DNA of 64,000 nucleotides, from positions 124,001-188,000 of the forward strand of contig JAQOWU010000008.1 in NCBI GenBank assembly GCA_030867685.1, read 5' to 3'. Source of the stretch: Wickerhamiella versatilis (lineage: Eukaryota). The notes beneath the pieces are model-generated. The model made no database searches and had not been told where the DNA came from. It was given only the letters and a program-made list of their open reading frames with translations. The position numbers and the translations under genes are program-made. Below are positions 23,410-33,304 of the stretch, one piece after another. Every line of letters starts with the position of its first letter. The first letter of the stretch is position 1.

Positions 23410-24015
23410 CTAGGAGCAATTGCTCTGCATCCGTCGCATGTGTGTTTTCACATGTACGTTCAGGGATCCCTTCTGTACAAACCCTCTTGAACAGCTGGGG
23501 CAGACATGTGGTCGGATATCAAGATGAATGCAAAGATGCCTTGATAGATCAGTCTTTTTTCTAAATTTCCGCTCGCATAGCTCACAGCGATAGTGTCCAT
23601 CAACAGCTATCCGTGATATCAGGAGTTGTTCTTTTAGGTGTAGTTTCTCGTTAAACGCCAGGGACGAGAGCGCCCATTTATCATTTTTGAGATCAAAAAA
23701 TTCACACTTTATGCTCTGTTGTAGATGGGCATTGTTAAAGCCTTGGACTAAAAACACGGTTTCCGGTGTATCTGGGGGAACACCCTGCGGACTCGTCGTA
23801 TTATGATGGGGAAGAAAACATCCACCAGCGGAGAACTGCTCTTCCACATGCATTTTGCTGTTCGTGTTCTCACTGCCCGTCATTAAATTGTGTGTCGCGC
23901 TCATATCAAGTGGTTTCTTGACAGTGTGCTCGTGTGCCTGATCCGTCACGCCCACTGAAGTCTGCGTTGAGGGTTCTCGACGGCTAAATCCATCCACAAT
24001 CAATGAAAGATCCAT
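23410..24015 (-). CDS. C2H2 zinc-finger transcription factor (two C-terminal fingers)
   Basis: CELCERKF...LSRHLCIH, an RPH linker, then CPSCSRGF...LNVHVKTH. Confidence 0.88.
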   Translation of the reverse strand: MDLSLIVDGFSRREPSTQTSVGVTDQAHEHTVKKPLDMSATHNLMTGSENTNSKMHVEEQFSAGGCFLPHHNTTSPQGVPPDTPETVFLVQGFNNAHLQQSIKCEFFDLKNDKWALSSLAFNEKLHLKEQLLISRIAVDGHYRCELCERKFRKKTDLSRHLCIHLDIRPHVCPSCSRGFVQKGSLNVHVKTHMRRMQSNCS

Positions 24016-27000
24016 GTCCCTTGCGGATGTGTCGTGAAGTCTAGAAACCTAGATAATATATATACTGTCTGGAAGGTGGGCATAAAGTGCATACTTAATG
24101 ATGCATGAGTAAGCTTGCATTGGACTTCTCGAGAGGGATACCGACTATTTCTTAGGATTTTAAATTGCTAGTGATCATTAAAACTTTTTTTTTGATGAAA
24201 AATAGATCTAGCTGGCCTTTTTGCTCCTTCATTTTCCTGCTAAAAACAGTACCATTCATGTCGCTTCGATCCGCGTGTCAGGGGTCTGTGCTACATACCT
24301 GCATACTGCATTGCAATGCGTTACGTATACGGCCGCGCATAGCCCTTATTTCTCGCAGAGTTGACTCAGACGGGTATCTGTGAAAACAGGTGGGCGTGTT
24401 GGTGAGCGGTCCGGGAAAAATTCTGAAAGAGAAAACAAGCATAAACTTGGCTTTAACACACGTTGGTTTTGATGGAAACCACATTCTCCCCCTCCACGCT
24501 GGGCTATGTGTTGCAGCACTAAGGAAATTCGGAAATCTACATACCGCGGTATTCGCAACGCCACGGACTCTCGTCAGGTCTATTGGCTAAATAACTCAGT
24601 TAGATTAGAAGTTTACACCAATGAGCATTCTGGTGCAACTCGTGATAGAGGCCCTCTAGCGAATATGGGATATGGCCATTACCCCTCTAAAGCACCATCA
24701 CCGCCGTTTCTAGCATTGGACCTTGGAGCTCCTTTCTCGAGCAGATAGTAGACATTCATGCCACGTTCAGTAATCTATAATACCACTGGCGGCTTCCTGG
24801 TTGCCATAAGTATCATGCTAAGGACCGTAGAAAGTGAGGTGAATCACAAGATCCATAAGTCGTTGATAGATCATATTATAAAAAAGTTGCTATTTCCACC
24901 AGTCAAGGTTGAAGCTACTTCCTCTCGGAGTAGAGACAGTTAGACAACCATTAGGTTTAAACTAATTCAGAACCGAAGCTCACTGAGTCCGAGATATCTT
25001 GGCTGCTTACGAGGTGGTTGGATCCGCCTATTCGGAAGTCCGTTGCATATGCAATTACGGCGCTATGTGATTACAGCTTGAAATTACCCTAACCTTTTGG
25101 AACATTGAGTGAGAATGTTCCCAATTCCCGCTTCAGACCTTGATTTTCGTTCCGGAGTTTTTCTCGAAGCACAGTATATGAAGTTCCACTTGGGCCGTAG
25201 ATAAAGAAATTTGAGCGTCAACAATATCACCAGTCAAAAGGTAGCCGTCGTCATCAATATTTCGACCCCTTAAGCCTTTCCAAGTACCCGTTCTCCTAAA
25301 AACCTATTGCTTGCCTTAAATTCTCTATACATTTCTCCGGACCATGGATAGATGCCCGTCTTAATCGCATCAACGCTATGTATGTCATCATCCTACCGAG
25401 TCATACAGCATGGCGCGTCAGCTCAAATGTAGAGTTTCAAATTACTAATCGGTTCAAAGCGTCTCCGGCAGGATACGTACTTTTAACCTACGGCATATGC
25501 TCTCGTCTTGCTATCCTATCCCATCAAATAGTTGGCTCCCCTGCTTTTGAAACAATTAATATGGACCGGTACCGGTAGCTTTATAGTGCCAACACTTACT
25601 AAACGTTCCCGAGTCAGGTTATGAACCTTGATTCAAGATAACTCACAAGATGAGAAACTAGAAGCACTGAATAATTTCCCGACCGGTCCCAGGCAGGTTA
25701 GGAGACTAGAAAATACGGGTGTAGGATGATTTCAAAACTAGTGGGTGTCACTTCGGAGATTTCCGAACCTTACATCGGAATCCAAAGAATTTTCTTCTTA
25801 AGCATGAGTGTGCGCACATATGGGCTAGGTCATATATCAGTCATGGCATGCAGATTTAAATGCCTATTTTCTGACATATTGGGAGATATTAAGCTTCGTA
25901 GCTATAGTAGTACGGCTAGAAAAGCCCTAATAGGTCTCATTTCCGTATCATTGTGTAGTTGACCTTAGGCCGTTTTTTAGGTAGTGGACTGGACTGGACC
26001 ATATTCAGTTTTGTTTAGATCCAGTCAACCTTGCTGTGTGACCTCTATCGCGCATGTGCATAAAAAGCTGTCTGAGACTGGGTTTAAAACACAAAACTAA
26101 CCTGTGCATGGCATGATAGTCCAACTAGTTTCCCTGCCTGTTTGTGTGGAAGGAAATTACTGATCCTTATATTTATAATTTGAGTGAATTACTTAACTTG
26201 CGAAGCTAAGACTTATTTTTCGTAGGTAGAAAACAAACCAAAACATAACGGTATTCATATGTGTCATGATCTACTGTAAAAACAGCATCTTACAGTTAAA
26301 CAGACGACTTAGGACTACTTTTACAGTCGTTGACTCAGTTCCTTGGCCCCAGTACAAGCTGATACTTGTCCCGTATTCCGGTTTTGAATATCGAGGGAAA
26401 GGGAGATCAGTTTAAGGTCAGCAGTTACTCTACCAGTGATCTGAGGGAAGAGAGGGAAAGAGAAAGTTTAATTCAAATACGGAGATCTCTTCTCAACACA
26501 AAATCTATGGTATAGCAAATGACATAGCATCTTTCCACTGCTTATATCAGATGCCGTGGATAATGTAGAGACTGGTCGGATGGAGTGGCTGTTTTCGCTT
26601 CTTACCGAAACAAACAGAGTAAGTTCAGCCCAGTTCTCTATAATGATACCTTGGAAAAGCTACTTGTCTTCTGTATCGTAAGTAATAAGCTGGCTTGCTG
26701 GCGATCCCCGCAAAATCCAAGCAGTTCTCAGCGGCATGACCCTTACCCTAAACGTAAGTTTTTCAGTATATTTTGCGGGGATAGAGCAATTATTTACTTG
26801 CCAAAGTACTGTTTCATATGTGGAACCCGGGTTTTTGATGCACTTTGGGTTCGTCCTGACACAGTGTACTATGAATCCAGCCCCTCTGCTGTAATCCCGC
26901 TGGATGTGAGGCTGCTTCCGGCCCAACAAATTGGGTAGCTCAATATGACCTGCGCTCGCAATTATAACTATCTTCAGAGGAGCGATCTTTCATATATTGA

Positions 27001-27640
27001 TAGAGTCCCATGCCAGTTTATTTCGTATTGTAGAGGTTAGGGGAACCCTTGGTTGGGGTGCACCACAAGTCCTTTTCAGCTTTCATGTCGCTATCTCTGG
27101 TGTAAGTACACGTTTTATGGTCGCAAACTCTGCTTTGTGTCTACCAACTTATTATCTTCGCTAAATGTTCTTGTTCGGCTTTCTATATCCTATGTAGGCT
27201 TCGCTTAGTAGTGACTAATGGCATGATGACAACTAGAATTAATGCTGAATATAGCAGAAACCTTGTATATTGGATACTCCTGTATCAACAGTGTAACAGC
27301 TACTTTAACTCACATTTTTCATTCTATATTACTCCACCCAAATAGCTACGGTGAGTACCATTTATACCGCTAGGGTGGTAAGGGTATTGACGATTTTGGG
27401 TATTATGGCTCAGAAATGACATAATTCGGTTAAGGACAGAAGGAATAGGTCAAAATGTTTGTTGTCTAAATGAGGATCCTCGGCCCAGCGGATAAAACTT
27501 TACTCAAGAATTATGATAATGTCTCAGATTAGCGTCCCTACGGATGTGTATATGATTCAGTCCGGCAGGCTACATTCGGACTGAGATCCGATGTCTCACA
27601 GCTTGCATTATGTAACGAGGATCTACCCGGAATTCCATTA

Positions 27641-27650
27641 ATCACGTGAC
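27641..27650. promoter_or_regulatory. ATCACGTGAC (Cbf1/Tye7-type bHLH site) upstream of the 27905 gene
   Basis: Extended near-palindromic E-box about 255 bp upstream of the ATG, with a TATA-like ctatatatag near 27845. Confidence 0.35.
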
Positions 27651-27904
27651 AGGGATACCCGACCGATGAACGGCGTGGATTAACGGGGTTTTTCTCTCGG
27701 GAAGCCAATATCTATATAATTTTTATGTCCTTCGCTTGTAGGCGATCCACATTTAGCCGCGGTATGAAATGATATAGCACATATGCAGTAGAAAACGGTA
27801 GATCATCGATTGTCACTAATGTAAGTTTATTTAATCGATGTTAACTATATATAGGGGTTGATAGGTGAGGGGTGCGGTCAAGGTGACTTCTGTGTTCGAT
27901 CCAA

Positions 27905-28540
27905 ATGACCTCTTTCCGATCAGTAGCGCTCGTGGCACTCGTTTCTTTGGCAGCAGCACTTCCTGTGGAGGAAGTCGGGCTGGAGAAGCGGGTAAACTGT
28001 GCCAGCATACCAAGCATCGTTTTCAGTTACATTAACGATATTTCTACAATTGCGGTATCTGCTGTCAACCTTGGACTAAGCATCGCTAGTCTTGTTGTAA
28101 ACATTATTGCGGCCTTCGTACCAGGGAACATTATTAGTGGTGGTGCCGCAGCTGTTGACATTGTAGGAATTGTGGATTCATCTCTTGGCTTAGCTTACGG
28201 CATAACCAGTACTGCAGCCGCAATTCCGTTCGGCTGCTTCAACGGTCATCGGCTGACGAGACGTGATGATACTGATGATGACGCCAAGAAAGTCGCAGCT
28301 GCTGTTGAGAAGGGTATTCATGGTGGCACTGTACTCGCTCAGAACCTGATCAAGCTTCAAGATTCTGTGGGTGGGAACAGCACTGACAACAATATCGAAC
28401 AGATCACTTCGAAGGGCAAGACTTTGGTCAGCGGCTTGCTCAATGGCACCAAGACTGCCACAGACCAGTGGTCTGACCTCTCGGACCACTATGGTGGAAA
28501 CGTTACAGAACTTGAGACTCTGTATAGCCAACTCTGGTAA
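27905..28540 (+). CDS. Secreted prepro-protein with dibasic (Kex2-type) sites; preprotoxin-like architecture
   Basis: Signal peptide, then a pro-piece ending LEKR(29). A ~90-aa hydrophobic segment bracketed by Cys32 and Cys111 ends LTRR(120), followed by a hydrophilic N-glycosylatable domain. Confidence 0.8.
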   Translation: MTSFRSVALVALVSLAAALPVEEVGLEKRVNCASIPSIVFSYINDISTIAVSAVNLGLSIASLVVNIIAAFVPGNIISGGAAAVDIVGIVDSSLGLAYGITSTAAAIPFGCFNGHRLTRRDDTDDDAKKVAAAVEKGIHGGTVLAQNLIKLQDSVGGNSTDNNIEQITSKGKTLVSGLLNGTKTATDQWSDLSDHYGGNVTELETLYSQLW

Positions 28541-28885
28541 TTATGAATTGAATGTAGAATTAACTTGCTTTGTTAAGCACCAAGAATAGCTTTGACACTA
28601 TCGCACTAACTGATTTAGTGTACTGATAATTGTCGAGTGGTACTAGTGATGATGTTGTCAATCAGTACCTCAAGAATGGGAGAAGTAAAGTCATACTATA
28701 TACGTAGATACTCGCAACTATGAGAGCTTAAATGCCCACTTCAAATTATTTGCCAGCAAGCTCTATTATTGTTGTCTATAAGGCGGCCGCCCTATGCTCT
28801 ATTGTTCAACTTTAGTAGGCCATCGCCACTTACTTTTATTAATCAGTAAGTGGTTGTTTCTTACTGATCCCGATCAGAGAACGTG

Positions 28886-29821
28886 ATGTCCTTATCGAGC
28901 CTTACTGGCTACATAGGACCGGTATCAAACAGTTTAGTTATATTGATATCTCTTTGTGCTGCAATAAATAGTGTAGGGTCTCTTAAAGGTCAAGGAACTA
29001 CCTCGAAGTGGCTTTTTGCACTTCCCCTACTTACAGCAGTGTACTGTACTGCTGATCTGACTATAAGCCTTCTTTTGAGGTGTGGAAAATTCGATTTCAG
29101 GCTCTTGTCTCAGCGTGAACAGCCGATATCTTTTTTGTTCTCTTTTCTCAAATTATTTATTGCTTTTAGCTGCCTGTCATTGGCCATAGCCAATATAAGT
29201 ATCTTATACGCCATTCTCTTTGTACTTCTTCTTACTGAAGCTACCATGAGTCTTTGCGAGATGATTTTAGCAAAGGTGGAAAATGTGAGGATGAGAAGAG
29301 AAGCAGAGGAGGATGGAACTGAACCCGAAAACGTGAGAGTTGCCTCTAATTTTACGTTTAAAATTACTCTTATGAACTACTCATTGGTGTGCTCGAACAT
29401 TTTGGTTGTAATTTGCTCCTTGTATGTCCTTTCGATAACTTTCCACCCCCTTGTTTATAGACAGGAAGCTAATGAATGGATGTTTGGCTTTGCCCTTTTC
29501 ATGTTATTATTTTCCTTGGCAGATTTGGCGCAGGATAATCTTTTGAAGGATGAAGTATTCAGAGATAATCGTTTGGACCCTGTGAAGTACCCGTTGATTA
29601 TCTGTTTTACCACGATTCGTTCGCTGTGCACTATTTACTGTTTTATGACCGCCTTAGCAAACTGGAGCACTACTTACTGGTTTTTATTCGGGATATTTCT
29701 TGTATCAGGCTCATCGCTTTTCGTTCGCCACATATTGGTGAAACTGGAGGATCTTAAGGCCAAGAGAACCGTAGTACATGGTGCTGTGCAGGAAAGTTAC
29801 AATATGGCTGCTTCTCCTTAG
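28886..29821 (+). CDS. Orphan polytopic membrane protein (~8 TM) with an internal two-fold repeat
   Basis: Long hydrophobic ORF. The halves align as SNSLVILISL/SNILVVICSL, KWLF..ADL/EWMF..ADL, AIANISILY/ALANWSTTY and ILAKVENV/ILVKLEDL. Confidence 0.75.
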   Translation: MSLSSLTGYIGPVSNSLVILISLCAAINSVGSLKGQGTTSKWLFALPLLTAVYCTADLTISLLLRCGKFDFRLLSQREQPISFLFSFLKLFIAFSCLSLAIANISILYAILFVLLLTEATMSLCEMILAKVENVRMRREAEEDGTEPENVRVASNFTFKITLMNYSLVCSNILVVICSLYVLSITFHPLVYRQEANEWMFGFALFMLLFSLADLAQDNLLKDEVFRDNRLDPVKYPLIICFTTIRSLCTIYCFMTALANWSTTYWFLFGIFLVSGSSLFVRHILVKLEDLKAKRTVVHGAVQESYNMAASP

Positions 29822-30340
29822 ATACGATTCCATTTCAAGCTAATTCTCGCATTTAGACTCAAATTCAGGGTTGACATGACACCTTCAAGAGTTTTAGGTC
29901 GAGATTGTCAACAGTATGTATTTTTGATTTTTCTTTGTGACATATATTAAGAACTTTGTGCCTGAGAGTGCTAGGCTAGTTCATCTAGGAACTTCTGTTT
30001 GTTACGTGCTTTTCGTTAGTCGGTGCAACGAGAAGGCAGGCAGTAGTTGGTTCGCAATGCGCTAGATGTTGCATTTACTATTACACTTAGCATTACTGAA
30101 TCAGTAGGCTGGGGAATATAGCTGGTTGTCTACTACGATACGAAATAGAAATATGTGTGAGTCTTCAAGGATATCAAGAAGAAGAGGAAAGTTATAGCTT
30201 TTATTAGGATGCGGGTATATCATAATGATGGTCTCAAACCATTGAACCATGTGAGATTACAGGGTATCCAGTACCGTTCTGTCCATGGGATATGTCAAGA
30301 CACACTGGCATGATGATGTAATAATTAGACCGGGGGGACC

Positions 30341-32971
30341 ATGCGATGGTCGCGACCATATTTTCGCGTGCAGTATCAGCTTACACTGTCTGTATTCATT
30401 TTTACTGCAATGTGTCTTGCTACGTTTGCCGTAGCATTATATGTATTGAGTGACAGAACTCTAATCAAGATGCAGAAGGATAACCTGGATCTCAACTGCG
30501 AAATTCGCAGCAACTTAGTGGCTGCTAATATTGAAGACAGATTTACGATATCAAATATGCTTTCCTTGAGCCATTCTATTCGTACAATCCTTGCTAATAG
30601 TCAAAACCTTGATTTTGTTACGCATGAGGGGTACGCTCTATCTAGAACCTTCAAATTAAATGAAGTCATCTTTCTGGATCTTTTTGACAAAAATATTTCG
30701 ACCGACTTAAGTCTCCAATCTAAAAGCCTAAGTAAATCGGCAAATTTAGACAAATTACGGCCTTTATATGGGTTGAATCAGGAGGAGATAAGCAGGGTAC
30801 AAGAGCTTCACCAAAATTTCACAAGAATCGATGGACCATATCTAATTAAGGATGCGCTGGCTCCTGGAAATCAAAATATTAATGAGCTAATGAGTTTTAC
30901 TCTGGCTATTACCCAGGAGAAGGGTTTTCAGTCGTTGAATCAACAGAAAACTCAAGATGCTATCTTTGGATATATGACAGTGGTTTTTTCCGTCGCTGAT
31001 ATCGTAAATGTGCTTCAAGATAGATTTTCCAACGCGTATGATTCACACGTCGACTCTGCTATCCTTTGTAAGAAACAGAATGATAGCACTAAGCTCAAAG
31101 GAGTTCTTCCGGCGATCGATGTAACTATTGGGCCTGAACAGACTGAAAAGATCTCTGATCCAAATCCACATTTCAATGCAGAAGTAGTCGATGTCCCAGG
31201 TGAAGGTAAACTTCTGGTGAGCGTAACCCGTGTAAGCTCGGCGACGGACTACTTTGTATTGCTTAACCAGCATCCAGAGGGTTACAATGCCATGACAATT
31301 TCGTTGCGTAATGTTATTCTCATCAGTGTATTTTCAATAGTCGCTGGTATGCTAATATTTACGCTGATCGGGGCCAGTTTTGGTTCGAGGCAAATTCTCC
31401 GATTGAAAATGGCGACAACGTATGAAACCCCCAATTCTCGACGTTGGCTAATTATTCCTTGGTGGCTTCAACCTAAAGCCTCCCATCGCGTATCCGACAT
31501 AAATTCTGAGTATCGGATACCTGACGATGTACCCCTTCGTCCTCACCTAAGAGATGAACTTGACGCTATATCTCAACGATTCAATATGATGAGTAACAGT
31601 CTTGCGTCTCAGTACTCTACTCTTGTAGAGTGTGTAGACAAACGTAAGGCAGATATTAAGCAGGCTCTTGAGGCTGCCAATGAAGCAAATGAGGCTAAGA
31701 CCCACTTTCTTGCTCGCATCACTCATGAATTGCGTTCACCGCTCAATGGGATAGTGGGAACCGCAACACTATGCCTTGATGATGACAATGTTGATCAAAT
31801 CCATCAATCTCTCAAAACAATCTTTAAATGTGGCGAGCTTTTATTGTATTTAATCACAGATTTACTTTCGTTCAATGAGAATGAGGAGGAGAATTTCAAA
31901 CTCGACATGCGGGATTTTACGATCTCTGACATCAAGAACCAACTTACCGCCATATTTACCGAACAATGCGACATGAAAAATATTCAGCTGATATTTGAGA
32001 TACAGCCGGGAACAGGAAGTATTGTGATTCATGGTGACACAAACCGTATATTGCAAATTATCTTCAATCTCATTTCAAATGCTTTGAAGTTCACTCCCCG
32101 GGGTGGAAAGGTGTATTTCAGGCTAAAAATACAGCCAAGCAATTCGAATATACATCTTTTTACTTTCGAAGTGGAGGATACCGGTCCAGGGATCGCTCCT
32201 CATCTTCAGCATAATATTTTTGACGAATTTTTTCAAGCTGATGTCGATGAAAGGGCACATAAAGCGGGGGTCGGTCTTGGCCTTTATATTTCTCGCAATC
32301 TTGCCGTAAGAATGGGTGGAAATATCGGTTTAAAAAGCCAGCTAGGCAAAGGTTCGCTTTTTTCTCTGCATATCCCTTTAGCGGTTTCCCCATTTCGCAA
32401 AAGCTTTATCGAAAACCAAGAGGTCGATAATTACCCAGACAGCCCACTCTATAGTCCTAGTCACCTCTTGGAATCTAATAAGATTGACTTCAGTATTAAC
32501 AAGCATGATACCTCCCTATCATCAGAGAGACCTACCTTCTCCAGATCACAGTCATCTTTTGAACACTTGCCATCTGATCTCAACGTCCTTGTTACTGATG
32601 ATAACAAAGTTAATCAAGAGGTAATGAGACGGATGCTCGAATTAGAAGGCATTCAAAATATTGAGGTCGCTAGTGATGGGATTGATGCTCTTAATAAGGT
32701 TCAGGATTCTTTTTGCGGTTCTCCATTTGATATCGTGTTCATGGACGTTCAGATGCCGAATATGGATGGCTATGAGGCTAGCAAGAGGATCCGTTCTCAA
32801 TTGCATTATAAGGGTAAAATTATCGCTGTATCAGCATTTGCAAATGATGAGAATGCCAATAGATGCATTTTAGCTGGCATGGATATGTTTCTCTCGAAAC
32901 CTTTGAGAAGACCACACCTTCGGCAAATCCTACGGGACGCTGAAAACTCTAATGAAAAACTAACACCCTAA
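30341..32971 (+). CDS. SLN1: Transmembrane hybrid sensor histidine kinase (Sln1-type)
   Basis: Two TMs flank an extracellular domain. H-box THELRSPLNGI, N-box NLISNALKFT, G boxes DTGPGI and GVGLGL, and receiver motif FMDVQMPNMDG are present. Confidence 0.88.
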   Translation: MRWSRPYFRVQYQLTLSVFIFTAMCLATFAVALYVLSDRTLIKMQKDNLDLNCEIRSNLVAANIEDRFTISNMLSLSHSIRTILANSQNLDFVTHEGYALSRTFKLNEVIFLDLFDKNISTDLSLQSKSLSKSANLDKLRPLYGLNQEEISRVQELHQNFTRIDGPYLIKDALAPGNQNINELMSFTLAITQEKGFQSLNQQKTQDAIFGYMTVVFSVADIVNVLQDRFSNAYDSHVDSAILCKKQNDSTKLKGVLPAIDVTIGPEQTEKISDPNPHFNAEVVDVPGEGKLLVSVTRVSSATDYFVLLNQHPEGYNAMTISLRNVILISVFSIVAGMLIFTLIGASFGSRQILRLKMATTYETPNSRRWLIIPWWLQPKASHRVSDINSEYRIPDDVPLRPHLRDELDAISQRFNMMSNSLASQYSTLVECVDKRKADIKQALEAANEANEAKTHFLARITHELRSPLNGIVGTATLCLDDDNVDQIHQSLKTIFKCGELLLYLITDLLSFNENEEENFKLDMRDFTISDIKNQLTAIFTEQCDMKNIQLIFEIQPGTGSIVIHGDTNRILQIIFNLISNALKFTPRGGKVYFRLKIQPSNSNIHLFTFEVEDTGPGIAPHLQHNIFDEFFQADVDERAHKAGVGLGLYISRNLAVRMGGNIGLKSQLGKGSLFSLHIPLAVSPFRKSFIENQEVDNYPDSPLYSPSHLLESNKIDFSINKHDTSLSSERPTFSRSQSSFEHLPSDLNVLVTDDNKVNQEVMRRMLELEGIQNIEVASDGIDALNKVQDSFCGSPFDIVFMDVQMPNMDGYEASKRIRSQLHYKGKIIAVSAFANDENANRCILAGMDMFLSKPLRRPHLRQILRDAENSNEKLTP

Positions 32972-33304
32972 TCTTAATCCAATAATTTATTTATTTATAA
33001 TAACCTTATTTTAACTCCTTTCAACGATATTGTATTTCTTCAGTTGAGATTTAGGGCTAGTCAAAAGACATTACACGACGATTAGATCCATCTACTCGAG
33101 CTGATGGCGACACGGGAATGCTTGCTTGATCTGTTTTCTGGTTCCATTATAGGTAGATTTGGCGCCGTAAAATTTTTGCATATAAACCATTGAATAAAAT
33201 AACTCTTTTAAATGTCATATAACCATATGATACTAGCTTAATCAGCTTTTTAAAATGTATTGTCATTTATCTATATAATGCCGTGATTCACATTTAGAAA
33301 ATCC

